The translations under genes and the position numbers were made by a program. Of a stretch of 64,000 bases of DNA, positions 47,966 through 60,120 are shown piece after piece (position 1 is the stretch's first letter; the number at the start of each line of letters is the position of its first letter). Source of the DNA: Leucoraja ocellata (taxonomy: Eukaryota); the NCBI GenBank assembly GCA_036785375.1, contig JAWMAR010000227.1:3286001-3350000 (forward strand), given 5' to 3'. The notes beneath the pieces were generated by a model. The model had not been told where the DNA came from. It saw nothing but the letters and a program-made list of their open reading frames with translations, and ran no database searches.

Positions 47966-50266
47966 TTTGTTTTCTTTTTGCACCAGATTTTACATTACAG
48001 GTTGAAATCCCTTTGCAAGATTTGCTGAGTATTTCCAGCATTCTCTGCCCTCTACTTCACTCGACCAACATCTGCGGTTTTTTTTTTTTAATTTCCAAAC
48101 TCGTTTAAATTTCTAAACACATTTAACTTCATTTTTAGTCCAATGGTAAATCCTGAGATTCCTCATTTACGATCATCTTGCACTTATTCAGGAGGAGGCT
48201 ACTTGGCCAGTAGATCAACGGCAACTCCCAAAGGAGCAGGAAAAAAGACACCGAGTGCTGGAGTAACTCAGCGGGTCAGGCAGCATCTGTGGAGGACCTG
48301 TATCGGTGATGTTTCGGGTCGGGACCCTACTTCTTACTGGTTGTAGGGATGGTAGGGGAGAAAGCTGAAAGAGGCCCCACCCCACCACAATCAGTCTGAC
48401 CCGACTAATGAACCCGAAACGTCACCTATGCATGTTCTCCAGAGATGCTCACACATTCATAAGTTATAGGAGCAGAATTAGGCCATACAACCCATCGAGT
48501 CTACTCCGCCAACCAATCATGCCTGACCTATCTTTCCTCGAGCGAAGAACTACTTTAAAGTCAGCATACCTTGAGGACATTTTGCAGTGGAGCAGTGATT
48601 TAGCAAAGTTCTCCTCCTCTCTAATCACCCATCACTTGCATGACCCCACCTCTCGTCCAGCATTCATCCCCCCCACCACCCCACAACATTCAGTCTAAAG
48701 AAGGGTCCACATCCGAAACATCATCTGTCCGTGTTCTCCAGAGATGCTGCCTGAGTTACTCCAGCACTTTGTGCCTTTTCTTTTGTAAACCAGCATCTGC
48801 AGTTCCTTGTGCCTTCATGTTATCAACGTCTCATTGTTGCCACTGCTTGAGAGTATCCTGGTTCCATGATCCAGCAAGGCTCACTGTTGGGACATTATAT
48901 CTAGAAATAATCATTGGATCATTACACAGAAAGAGGCCATTTGACCCATCAAGTCTCTGTTGGTGCATAAAAGAACAATCCCATAGATCCAACTATCACT
49001 GGTCAGACATAATTCTCCCCCAAACTATCTATCTCCTTCCCGTCCGCCATCAGTCTGAAAGTGACACAAAGTGTTGGAGTAACTCAGCGAGTCAGGCAGC
49101 CTCTCCAGAGAATATAGATAGTTGGGACTCTTCTTCAGACTGATTCAGACTCAGAAGGGTTCTGACCAAAACGTCACCGGTTTCGGCCCGAAACGTTACC
49201 TATTTCCTTCGCTCCATAGATGCTGCTGCACCCGCTGAGTTTCTCCAGCTTTTTTTGTGTACCGTCACCTATACACATTCTCCAGAGATGCTGCCTGGAC
49301 CACCGAGTTACTCCAGCACTTTGTGTTTCTTTGTTGTAAACCCACTTCTGCAGTTCCTCGTGCCTACAATCAGTCCGAAGACGGGTCCCAACCAAAACCG
49401 TCGCCTATGCGTGTCCTCCACATATGTTGCCTGACCCGCTAAGTTATTCCAGTGTACTTGGTTCTAGATTGGCAAACAGAGCCGTTTTGTGTTTCGCTGG
49501 CACATTGTGTTGCTGTACAGTCATCTAACAGGGTGCAGTGCATAGCAGAAGGAAAATGATATTAATCCCCGGACTGTTTTAAACGTGCATTAAAGCTACT
49601 GGAATAGCAGCTCTGACTTTGTACTTTAAAACTACACTTTCAGCAAGATTGTAACTGAACTTCAAAAGAAATGTTGCAATGCAGCAAAAAGAAGTTGAAG
49701 AGCCCAGATTCCCAGCGGAACCTGATGCTGCTTTGAACACAGGCCAGTAACAATTCCAACAAAGGAAGTAATGGAACATTGTTGCACTGATCTTTGTCAA
49801 ACTTTAATCTGCTCCATTCTAAACAGCCTAATCCCCCACATTTCAACAGCCTCCCAAAATTCTTATCATACAAAAATATCGCTAGTAATGAGGTTGTTTT
49901 AAAGCTTCGTGTTTTAGTGAGTTTGGAAATGAATGTGAGATCATTTTAATCTATTGTTAACACCTAATAATTCAGCCATTTTATTCCTATAAATTAACAC
50001 CTGTGGGCCATTAATATTCATGAAGTTATTCATGATGAATTGTGGAAAGAAGATCAAAGAACTGGAACAATTTACAATGATGAGAAACCATATGGAGGGT
50101 GATAGATGAAAACTGGGAGGAATATTAGGAAGCACCTAGCACTCAATTAATACATATCACAGCCAAATCCCTCAATGATAGCCGGTCGGAAAATTGGTAT
50201 TAGCGTTGTAAATGTGCAGACCTTTCACTATTAACTCTTGTATAAATCACAGACCAATTTCTGCAG

Positions 50267-50554
50267 GGGGACAGTGGTGCAGAGTTGCTGCCTGACAGCG
50301 CCAGAGACGCAGGTTCGATCCTGACTGCGGATGCTGTCTGTATGGAGTGTGCACGTTCTCCCTGTGACCACGTGGGTTTTCTCCGGATGCTCCGGTTTCT
50401 TCCCACATCCCAAAGCGCAGGTTTGTAGGTTGATTGGCTTCTGTAAATTGTTCCTATTGTCTGGTATAGAATTAGTGAACGGGTGATGGTTGGCCGGCCC
50501 GGACTCGGTGGGGCCGAATGGCCTGGTCCCGCGCTGTATCTTAACCAAACTAAA
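50267..50554 (+). mobile_element. HE1-type V-SINE
   Basis: B box ggttcgatcc; CR1-like tail. Confidence 0.85.
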
Positions 50555-50737
50555 TTGCTCACCTCAGAGTTGAAGCTATATTTAACCATCACTTTGTGAA
50601 GCAACAATTAAATGTTCAACAATTCAATAGTTACTTCACGGCCACATGAGCCAGCGTACAATGAAATTCTTTGCTTTCCATAGTCAAGACTGTTTTATTG
50701 TCATATGTAACAAAATGAAACAATGAATTTCTTACTG

Positions 50738-50760
50738 CAGCAGCAGCAGCAGCAGCAGCA
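50738..50760. repeat. (CAG)n run inside a LINE tail
   Basis: Seven CAG units where sister copies have tgcagca. Confidence 0.8.
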
Positions 50761-51569
50761 CAACACGTTTGTAAAACCAGTTTACAATCCAGTAAAAGGT
50801 TTAGATGTATTATCGTCTTGTGTACCGAGGTACAGCGAAAGGCTTTGTTCTGCATGTTATCGATCAGATCAGATAAGACTGCACATAAATGCAATCAAGC
50901 CAAACTCGAGTACAATTGTGAGAACAAAGGGAAAGATACAGAGTGCAGTGTACCGTTTTCAGCTTTGTGGTGCAAATACTTTCAGAAAAATTAACCCTTT
51001 CAAATACTGCCAGCATTGAATCAATCAGATCAGATAATACAATACATAAAGTCCAACCGAACCAAACTCAAGGACAATGGTTAGAATAAAGGGGAAGATA
51101 CAGAGTGCAGCGTGCAATTCTCAGCATTGTAGAGCATTGTAATGACAAAAACATCATACTATACATAAGTACAATAATTCATAAGTACAAGAGTACAATG
51201 ATTGTAGGGTAAAGATAGTAGATTTCTTCTGAGGCAGTACATAAAGAGTCACCACATATCCGGCGCCATCTTGTACCGCTCAAGTATTAAGTTCTTAAAA
51301 ATATCAAGTCTTATCTTTGTCTTAAAGGCTGTAATGTCTAATGTCGCTTAGAAGCTCACAACAGGTCAAGTTTTTTTGTACAACTGCTTCCAATAATATA
51401 TATATATTTTTTTTAAACGCTCACAACAGAGTGAAAGGATATTTTTTAAGAAAATCCTGTGTGGGAGATAATGTCCATTTGAACCTGTAGCTGCAAAGCT
51501 GTTTCTAACACACTAATAGAAATTCAGGGATGAAGGTGCAACAGAAAGCAAAGAGTTTTTTTTTTATCC

Positions 51570-51846
51570 AGCGGAATCAAGAGCCAGATGACATAAGGTA
51601 AGAGGTACAACATTGAATAGGAACCTAAGGAGCATCTTTTTCACACAGAGGGTGGCTTGTAAATGGATTAAGCTGCCATCGGACCTAGCTGTGACAACAT
51701 TTAGAAGACATTTAGTCGGTTGCATGGATAAGAACATTTTAGATGGGTATGGGCCAAATACGGGCAAATGGAAGTAGCTTAGATGGGACATCTTGGATAG
51801 CAAGGATGAGATGGGCTGAAGGGCCTGTTTCTGTGCTGTATGACTC
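51570..51846 (+). mobile_element. Older CR1 3' fragment
   Basis: ttttcacacagagggtgg ... gggcctgtttctgtgctgtatgactc. Confidence 0.72.
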
Positions 51847-52456
51847 CTCGACCGTATGGTTACAACCAGAGCTAACCTTTAATAAAGCTTTGCGGGGACA
51901 AAGTTAAACGTAGCAAGGGGAGTTTTTAACCGCCATTGACTATGGATTGTTGCAGTGGCTGACACGTTGCGTGATGAGTTTTCATTAGCTTGTATTTTAA
52001 TGGAATCCTCTTTGGCCTCGGTAACACCAGGTCCATACTCCTCACCTGTCCAATTTCAATCAGCGTATTGCAGTACTGCTGAGAAAATAGTCAGTGAGGT
52101 ACAAAACAACAAAAGCTGCAACTTCAGCAAATCTACTGCCTATCCTTGAAATTACCCGTCTGCCTCAGTATTGACCCAAACACCATCATTTCAGCATCGT
52201 CCAGGCTGCAAGAATTGCTGATTATCTTGAAGCTCCAGGCTTCAAGCCTTTCCTGTTGCTGATCTAATAGCTGGCCTCTCTCCCTGGAGGCCACAGTGAC
52301 TAAACTAACTCAGGGGAACAAGTTCCAGTTTCCAGCTCAGAGGTTTGCGGCTCCAAATATCGATAATTCAATAGTCCTTATCGTTATACCGAACACAGTC
52401 ACAAAAAGCTGGAGTAACTCAGCGGGGTCAGGCAGCATTTCTGGAGAAAAGGAATA

Positions 52457-52492
52457 GGTGACGTTTCGGGGTCGAGACCCTTCTTCAGGCTG
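52457..52492 (-). ncRNA. Hammerhead ribozyme motif with intact core boxes
   Basis: Minus strand CUGAAGA-A-GGGU(CUCG)ACCC-c-GAAA-CG-UC-ACC. Confidence 0.65.
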
Positions 52493-53179
52493 AGAGTCAG
52501 GGGAAAGGGGAACGAGGAATATGGACGGTACTCAGGATAAATGAATGGAAAATATGCAGAAAGCAAATGTAATCATGGAAATGTGGAGCCCACAATGGTC
52601 CATTGTTGGTTGTGGGATAGGTGCTAACAAGTTAATACAGATGGTGGAAATCAACAGGACATGACTGTCGGTACCTCTAATCCTGGTTGGGTCCAATTTG
52701 GATGTCTGGAACTTTGAATCCTTGAGGCAAAAGAGGGAGGTGCACGATGTAAGCCAGACTCGTTACCACGGCCACGTGTGTTTCGTTAAGGCTTGCCTAA
52801 GCCTCCATCTTCTGCCTCAGGGATTCCAACTCTGATTCCAGACATTTACTTGACAATTACTTGAATATCCACAAGATATCCGTCTAAAAAATACCGCGTA
52901 GGTCTGACAGTAGAAAACAGATTCATTTGCATTCTTTTATCTAATCAATGCACCAATTATTAATATTACCCCATGAAAATAATTTTTATTTTTGTAATTG
53001 CATGGCATTAGCACTTCTATTCAATAGTCATAAAACTAGCCAGCAGATTAGATTTGACATTTGTCAATAGATTTTGCGTATCAGGCTGGGAAATGAAGCT
53101 ATAAATTGTGGCACAATGCATCATTGTGTTATTTTCATTATTATCATGTAAATATCATTATGTTTGTGTCTGAGCAATG

Positions 53180-53546
53180 TGTGATGCAGCGGTGCAGCGG
53201 GTGAAACCCCCCTCACAGCACCAGAGACCTGCCTTGGGTGCTGTCTGTGTGGAGTTTGCATGTTCTCCCTGTGACCATGTGGGTTTCCTTTGGGTGACAA
53301 TGGACAATAGGTGCAGGAGTAGGCCATTCGGCCCTTCGAGCCAGCCCCGCCACTCAATGTGATCATGGCTGATCATCCGGTTTTCCGATGCTCCAGTTTT
53401 CTCCTGTATCTCAAAGACGTGCCGATTTGTAGGTTAATTGGCCTCTGTAAATTTGCCCTAGTGTGTAGGGAGTAACATAGAACTAGTGTGAATGGGCGGC
53501 ATGGACTCGGTGGGCTGAAGGGCCTGTTTCCATGCTATATCTTTAA
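53180..53546 (+). mobile_element. HE1-type SINE interrupted by a CR1 tail (about 53295-53378, -)
   Basis: SINE body split by gacaataggtgcaggagtaggcc. Confidence 0.78.
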
Positions 53547-54219
53547 ATTAAATACCATTTGTTTCATCTCCGTTAGCCATTGTACAAAGCAGAACAAATG
53601 TTTGGTGTATATTACAATGTGATATCACAGAAAAAAGGGAAATTGATGCGAGTGCTTCCAGAACTTCATGTATATGAAATTAATTCTTCTCTATCTCACA
53701 TTATGGCTGTGATCTAAAGCGTTTCTGCAGGTTTGTAGAGGAGTATAGTATATGGATCGTAAATATTTTATTGTTTCTCAAAAGGTCAATGCATGTTTAA
53801 GAAACATTATTTATCAATTAATTGATCCCAGGATCTATTTATATTGTTGGTAGAATTGTCATCATCTCTCCTGGGTAGACTGAAAATAACCACTGTTATG
53901 GTGGGACTGACCTGCCTTTGTTTCTCAAATAAATTGGGCAGAGTCTGGGGAACTAAGACTTGTGAGCAATAGAGTGGTTGAGCTGTACAGAGTGGAAAAC
54001 GGCCCTTCAGCCCACCTTCTCATACAGACCACATTGACATATTGGCTTGATATCTTTTACCTGCATTTAGCCCATATTCCACTATATCCGTCCGATCTAA
54101 ATATCCGTCCAAAGGGTTTTAATGAGTGTGAAAGGGTGATTGATGGATATTGATGATTAATGTGGACTCGGTGGGCTGAGGGACTTGTTTCCATGCTGTA
54201 TCTCTAAACTATACTAAAC

Positions 54220-55120
54220 TAAACTAAAAGTCATAATTGTATCCACTCCTATAGCTTCCTCTGGCGGTGCATTCCAGGTATGGACTACTCTCTGATTGGA
54301 AAAGTTGTTCCTTAGGTCCCTCTTAAATATGGGATGATCTGCCGGAGGAGGTTGTTGAGGCAGGTAATGTAACAACATTTGAAAGACATTTGGACTGCTG
54401 CATGAATAGGGAAGGTTTAGAAGGATATGGGACAAATATCGGCGAATGGGTAGGGGGATTTTGGTTGGCACGGACGAGTTTGGCCAAAGGCCCTGTTTCC
54501 ATTCTGTATTACTCTGAGTTTGAGTGGCAAGCTTCATTGTTGTATCGTAAAATACTCGGACCTGAGGTCATAGCCTCAGAATTAAAGGGTACTCTTTTAG
54601 AAAGGAGGTGAGGAGGAACTTCTTTAGTCAGAGGGTAGTTAATCTGTGGAACTCATTGCAGCAGAGGGCTGTGGAGGCCAAGTCAGTGGTAGCCAAATTA
54701 TTGATTAGAACGGGTGTCATGGGTTAGGGAGAGAAGGCAGGAAAATGGGATTTGGATGTAGAGAATAGTCATGATTGAATGGTGGAGTAGACTCAATGGG
54801 CCGAATGGTCTAATTCTACTCCTATAACGTGTGAACCATTCTCAACATTTGGACAGGTTCATGGATAGGAATGGTTTAGTGGGAAATGGGCCATATGCAG
54901 GTAGGTGGGACTAATGTAGGTCGGTGTGGACAAGTTGAGCCGTTGGGCCTGTTTCCATGCTGTTTGACTCTGTTTTGTGCAGTTGATGGTGAGCTCTGGG
55001 TCTTTAAGGCAAGTAGTGAGAATCGTACAGCAGTTTGTGTAAAGTTGGATGGGACATCTTGGTCAGCATGGATGAGTTGGACTGAAGTTGCTGTGTTGTA
55101 TGATGCTATGACTCTATGAT
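54220..55120. mobile_element. Cluster of CR1 3' fragments
   Basis: Several CR1 3' UTR pieces on both strands. Confidence 0.7.
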
Positions 55121-55687
55121 TGCTTACCAACTACAAATCTTACTGCGCTCAAAGCACGCGGTGTATCTAGAAGGGAGAAGGTACAACACAGGTGGAGGCC
55201 CTTTGGCCCACAATGTCCATGCCAACCATGATGCCAAGATAAATTAAGTGTAGATGTGGCATCTTGGTTGGCATGGGCAAGTTGGATTGAAGGGCCTGTT
55301 TCGGCACTGTATGACTATGATTCTATCTCCCTCCTCCACATTTATTGCACCTGATGCTGGTTGAGGGAGAGATCTCCATGATTCAGGACATCTGAGGAGT
55401 TCAGTGCTTTACTGCCAACGCCAAAATTAGCTTTGCTCCAATTTCTACTACAATCGGCAACTCTGTAGTCAGATTAATGAAACTTCCAGCATCTTCTCCA
55501 GCAAAGTGGTTCATTAACTATTTGAGAAATATTATTGTGTGTTTGATATGATTGAATGTTTGTTTTGTATAGCCACAGTGGAAGAGTCACATACCACAGA
55601 AACAGTCTCTTTGGCCCAATTTGTCCATGCCGACTAAGATGGCCCATGTACGCACGTCCCACTTCCCCACATTTGGTCCTTGTCATC

Positions 55688-56070
55688 CTTACAGAATTCT
55701 TAGGGGGTTGGACAGGCTAGATGCAGGAAGATTGTTCCCGATGTTGGGGAAGTCCAGGACAGGGGGTCGCAGCTTGGGGATGGGGGGGGGGGGGAGATCC
55801 TTTAAAACCGAGATGAGAGGAACTTTTTTCACACAGAGAGTGGTGAGTCTCTGGAACTCTCTGCCACAGAGGGTAGTTGAGGCCAGTTCATTGGCTGTAT
55901 TTGGGAGGGAGTTGGATGTGGCCCTTGTGGCTGAGGGGATCGGGGGGTATGGAGAGAGGACAGGTACGGGATGCTGAGTTGGATGATCAGCCATGATCAT
56001 GTTGAATGGCGGTGCAGGCTCGAAGGGCCGAATGGCCTACTCCTGCACATAATTTCTATGTTTCTATGTT
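55688..56070 (+). mobile_element. CR1 3' end with clustered A>G substitutions
   Basis: Aligns over its full length to the reverse complement of 46877-47259, with about 20 A>G changes. Confidence 0.92.
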
Positions 56071-56084
56071 TTGTCCTTCAGACT

Positions 56085-56647
56085 TTAAACATACAGCACA
56101 GAAACACACACCAAGTCCATGCTGACCAACACTAGCGCTAGCCTACACACTAGGGACAATTTACAATTTTGCTCAAGCCAATTAATTTACAAACCTGTAT
56201 GTTTTTGGAATGAGGGAGGAAACCGGAGCACCCGGAGAAACCCATGCGGTCACAGGGAGAATGTGCAAACGTATAGTCAGGATTGAATCCATAGTCAGGA
56301 TTGAACCCAGATCTCTGGTGCTGTAAAGCAGCAACTCTATTTCATTGCATTGTTCCAATGGAATGCAACAGATGTAAATTGACATTTAGTTTAGTTTTGT
56401 TTAGTTTGGCCCTTTGGCCCACGGAGCCCATGCTGACCAGCGATCGCCCGCGCACTTGTTTCATGCCTCGCATTACGGACAATTTACAGTCGACGATTAA
56501 CCTACAAAGCTGCAGGTGTTTGAAATACGGGAGGAAACCGGAGAAAACCGTCATTGTCGCAGGGATAACAATCTCCATACAGACATCAGCCGAGGTCAAG
56601 ATTGAACGCAGGCAGCATCTTTACCGCTGCGCCACTGTGCCGCCCCG
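56085..56647 (-). mobile_element. Two HE1-type SINEs (56085-56350 and 56384-56647)
   Basis: Reverse-complement SINE bodies. Confidence 0.78.
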
Positions 56648-58037
56648 CATCAGCAACGTATCTGCGATTAAGTTCACCATGAGGAGATGCTTGCGTTGCT
56701 TCAGGCGTTCCTGAGAGTGAACCACCTTGTAATGACCATTGAATCCGCCAGCAGCCAACATGTGTAGGAAGGAACTACAGATGCTGGTTTAAACCGAAGA
56801 TAGACACAAAAACAATTCATTCTGCATATCTTCCCCTTTCCCCTGACTCTCAGTCTGAAGAAAGGTCTCGACCCGAAAAATCACCTATTCCTTTTCTCCA
56901 GATGCAGTTTGACCCGTCGAGTTGCTCCGGCTTTTTGTGTCCAAAGCAGATCTACATCTGTTTCGAGCTGTAACGGGGTCAAAGAGAATCATGTAAGAAT
57001 CCCTTTTGAGACCAGGAGTGAGAGCCTTACAAGTACACAAACCATTTTGCTCTGGTTGCAGTGAAACCACTCCACTCCACGAGAATCTCAATTAGTTCAT
57101 GTAAACTTATTCCTTTATATTTGAACTTCATGGTTCAGCTGGTTCCGGCTAATAGAATCCTCACATGTTAAAATAACTAATTTGTGATATTTATGGCTCA
57201 GCCTATTTAATCATTCTTTCCACAACCAAATGAAAAATTAAAGAACAGAGAATATTCTTTTGTTATAAATTATATATAGTAAAACTGACTCTGTAATAAA
57301 GCACTTAATATGTGCGTCTATCTTTGGATGAATGGGTGTGATGGAAAAATAAGACTTAAGCTGATCAGGGAACACTTTGTTGCAAGAAAAACATAGTTTT
57401 CATTTATGTTCACAGGTCATAGGGGCAGATTTAGGCCATTCAACCCATTGAGTTGACTCTGCCATTCAATCAGGGCTGATTTATCATTCCCTCTCACCCA
57501 TTCTCCTGCCTTCTCCCCTTAACCCCTGACACCCATACTAATCAAAAAGCTGCCAATCTCCACTTTAAAAATTACCCAGACACATCTAGCATGCATGGAA
57601 AGCATATAAAATGTAAATTTAGAACCTGATTTTTTTTCTCCATTCATTGAATTATTGAATGAACGGAACATGCCCAGCAAATGTTCAAGACATTACTGCA
57701 GAAGTTTATTTATATTTTTGTCCTAGTCTGTGAATAGATTTAGCTCGGGCTTTTTACCTTTCCAATTGTGGATTAGTGCAGTGCTGAGATGGAAGTGCAA
57801 CAAATATTTCTTAGCCACGTTGTACCAGTAAAATTTCACAACAATTTAACTATCCTTATTTAATTTTTGCATTGTAATCTCATTTCATGGGTACAGATAA
57901 AAGTGAAATGCGTTGTTCCGTACTCAAAATTAAGCTAATTTACAGATGTAATTGGGTTATGATATGTGATATAGTTGTCAATACTGTAAGTACAATATGC
58001 AATTTGAATAGTCAAGACATAAGATTTACACTTTATT

Positions 58038-58166
58038 GTTTAAGAAGGAACTGCAGATGCTGGAAAATCGAAGGTACACAAAAATGCTGGAGAAACTCAG
58101 CGGGTGCAGCAGCATCTATGGAATGAAGGAAATAGGCAACATTTCGGGCTGAAACCCTTCTTCAGA
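58038..58166 (-). mobile_element. Young Penelope terminal unit ending at the hammerhead motif
   Basis: tgtttaagaaggaactgcag...ggcaacatttcgggctgaaacccttcttcaga. Confidence 0.8.
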
Positions 58167-58182
58167 TTTACACTTTAGCCTG

Positions 58183-58538
58183 GCGGCATGCTGACGCAGC
58201 AGTAAGGTTGCTGCCTTCCAACAGTTGCAATGTCAGAGACCCGGGTTCAGTCCCGACAACAGGTGCTGCCTGTACGGAGTTTGTATGTTCTCTCCCCCCC
58301 CCCCGACAATGTTTGATGTCGGTATTGAGTTTGTGCGTTCTCCCCGTTACCGCATGGGTTTTTTCCGAGATCTTCGTTATCCTCACACACTCCAATGACA
58401 TATGTGTTTGTCAGTTAATTGGCTTGATATAAGTGTAAATTGTCCCTAGTGTGTGTAGGATAGCGTTTATGTGCAGGGATTGCTGGTCGGAGCGGACTTG
58501 GTGGCCCGAAATGCCTGTATCTCTAACTAAACTAAACT
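58183..58538 (+). mobile_element. HE1-type SINE with internal duplication
   Basis: The gagtttgt..gttctccc segment is present twice. Confidence 0.78.
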
Positions 58539-60120
58539 TTGTGTTTGCCCTTTCATGCATAGCTTACACCCCACAAGTTAAGTGTAACCCCCACAAATCA
58601 GTGATATTTGTTATTCCCAAACGTATTCATTTCCCTCTTTCCCATTTAACATGCTGCATATTGCAAGAGACAATCCTGAGAGAAAGGAAACAGATAATTA
58701 ATTTCACGTCATTTTATTGCAAAAGTAAATGAAGAATTTAATTTTGCTTTAAATTTTAAGATGTCTTGGAGTCAGAAAATTTCAACAAAGAAATAATAGA
58801 TCCTCTTTTTATAATGATTCCTTTGAGACTCATGAAAGGCTGTTACAATGAGTGGTGTTACATTCAGTAAATGATATTTTACATGTCTATTCATGAGCAG
58901 TGTGGTAGATTGGAGGTCATTCTGTTCACAAGATGATGAGTTGGCAGGAAACTAAGAGAGAGAACACGGAGGCAAGATCGAACTATCACAGTGCAACCAA
59001 TAAGAAGAAATTAATGAATTTCCCGTGGCTGGGAATTAAATATTAGGCGGTCGTGGTTAGTAAACATTTTCGTATTGCAGAGTTTCTCCCCTCGCAAGGT
59101 TAGCGGTTCATTTAATACTCAGCTGACAAACGGCACCTGGTCTCTGCTTTTTTCTTGCTGGAATAATTAATTGCTGGATTAAAACATGAACAAGAAACTA
59201 ACTATGTTAGTGCACAAATTACCTTCTTCAAAACAAAAGAGTTTCAAGCGAATCCTCTGCAGGAAAATGGATCCTCCCTGCAGGTGACCAAAGACTCTAA
59301 GGTCCTTTGTGCCAATTGCATTTAGATAAAAAGTATTTTTTTAAAGATCTAAATAAAAAAATGTTAAAACTATCCCTTGGTGGTGTCATGTAACAGGCTT
59401 CGAAAACCTATGTGTCAACATGATAAATTGGAATCGCTCACAAAGTTAATAGCAATTTCAAGTTAATAGGGTCATTAACCCTATCAGATCGATTGCAGTC
59501 AATTCTAAATAGTAGTAACATATAATTTGTTTGAGAATGGGGAGAATGTTGCTAACCCCTGGAATTTTATTCCACCAGCCTCCAACCACGATAGATTCCG
59601 TTAGCATGGATAACCTGTTTTGCTGAACACCCACTCTCCAGCTATTAAAGGGGCCACCACCTCCTGCCTTTGCACCCAGAAGCAAATATCAAGTCACAGT
59701 CTTTTTGCTCTATTCGGCTGGAAGGCAGACAGTCAGCCAGAGTTGCTTTTTACCTTCTCACATTAAACGTGACCAATTGCAAAAAAAAAAAAATCTTGTG
59801 GTTTGGCAGCCCATTTCTTAAGTTATTGGAAAAGGAGTCATGATTGGACAATTTCTATATTAAAAAAATGTTCATTCTACTTGGATACAGTTCTCAGGTA
59901 AAAACTGCAAACAGTGAATGTTCTGCCAAAAATAGACAGTTACTTCAAAACTGCCTCTGGGGTGGTCATAATCTAAACCTGGGGGTTAACGCACCAACCA
60001 GCTTCCTTCCGAGCCATCAATAGAAATTTATTTCTGGGTTCCACTGTTATTTTTGATTGAATTTACTGGGGGGGGGGGGTTGGTGGGGGGAAGCATTTAG
60101 ATGTGGACTTGCTCGTTATC

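Noticed and set aside
50723-51019. PolyQ protein
   Set aside because: The (CAG)n run is a slippage expansion in a LINE 3' tail, and the rest of the ORF is Rex1 tail sequence.
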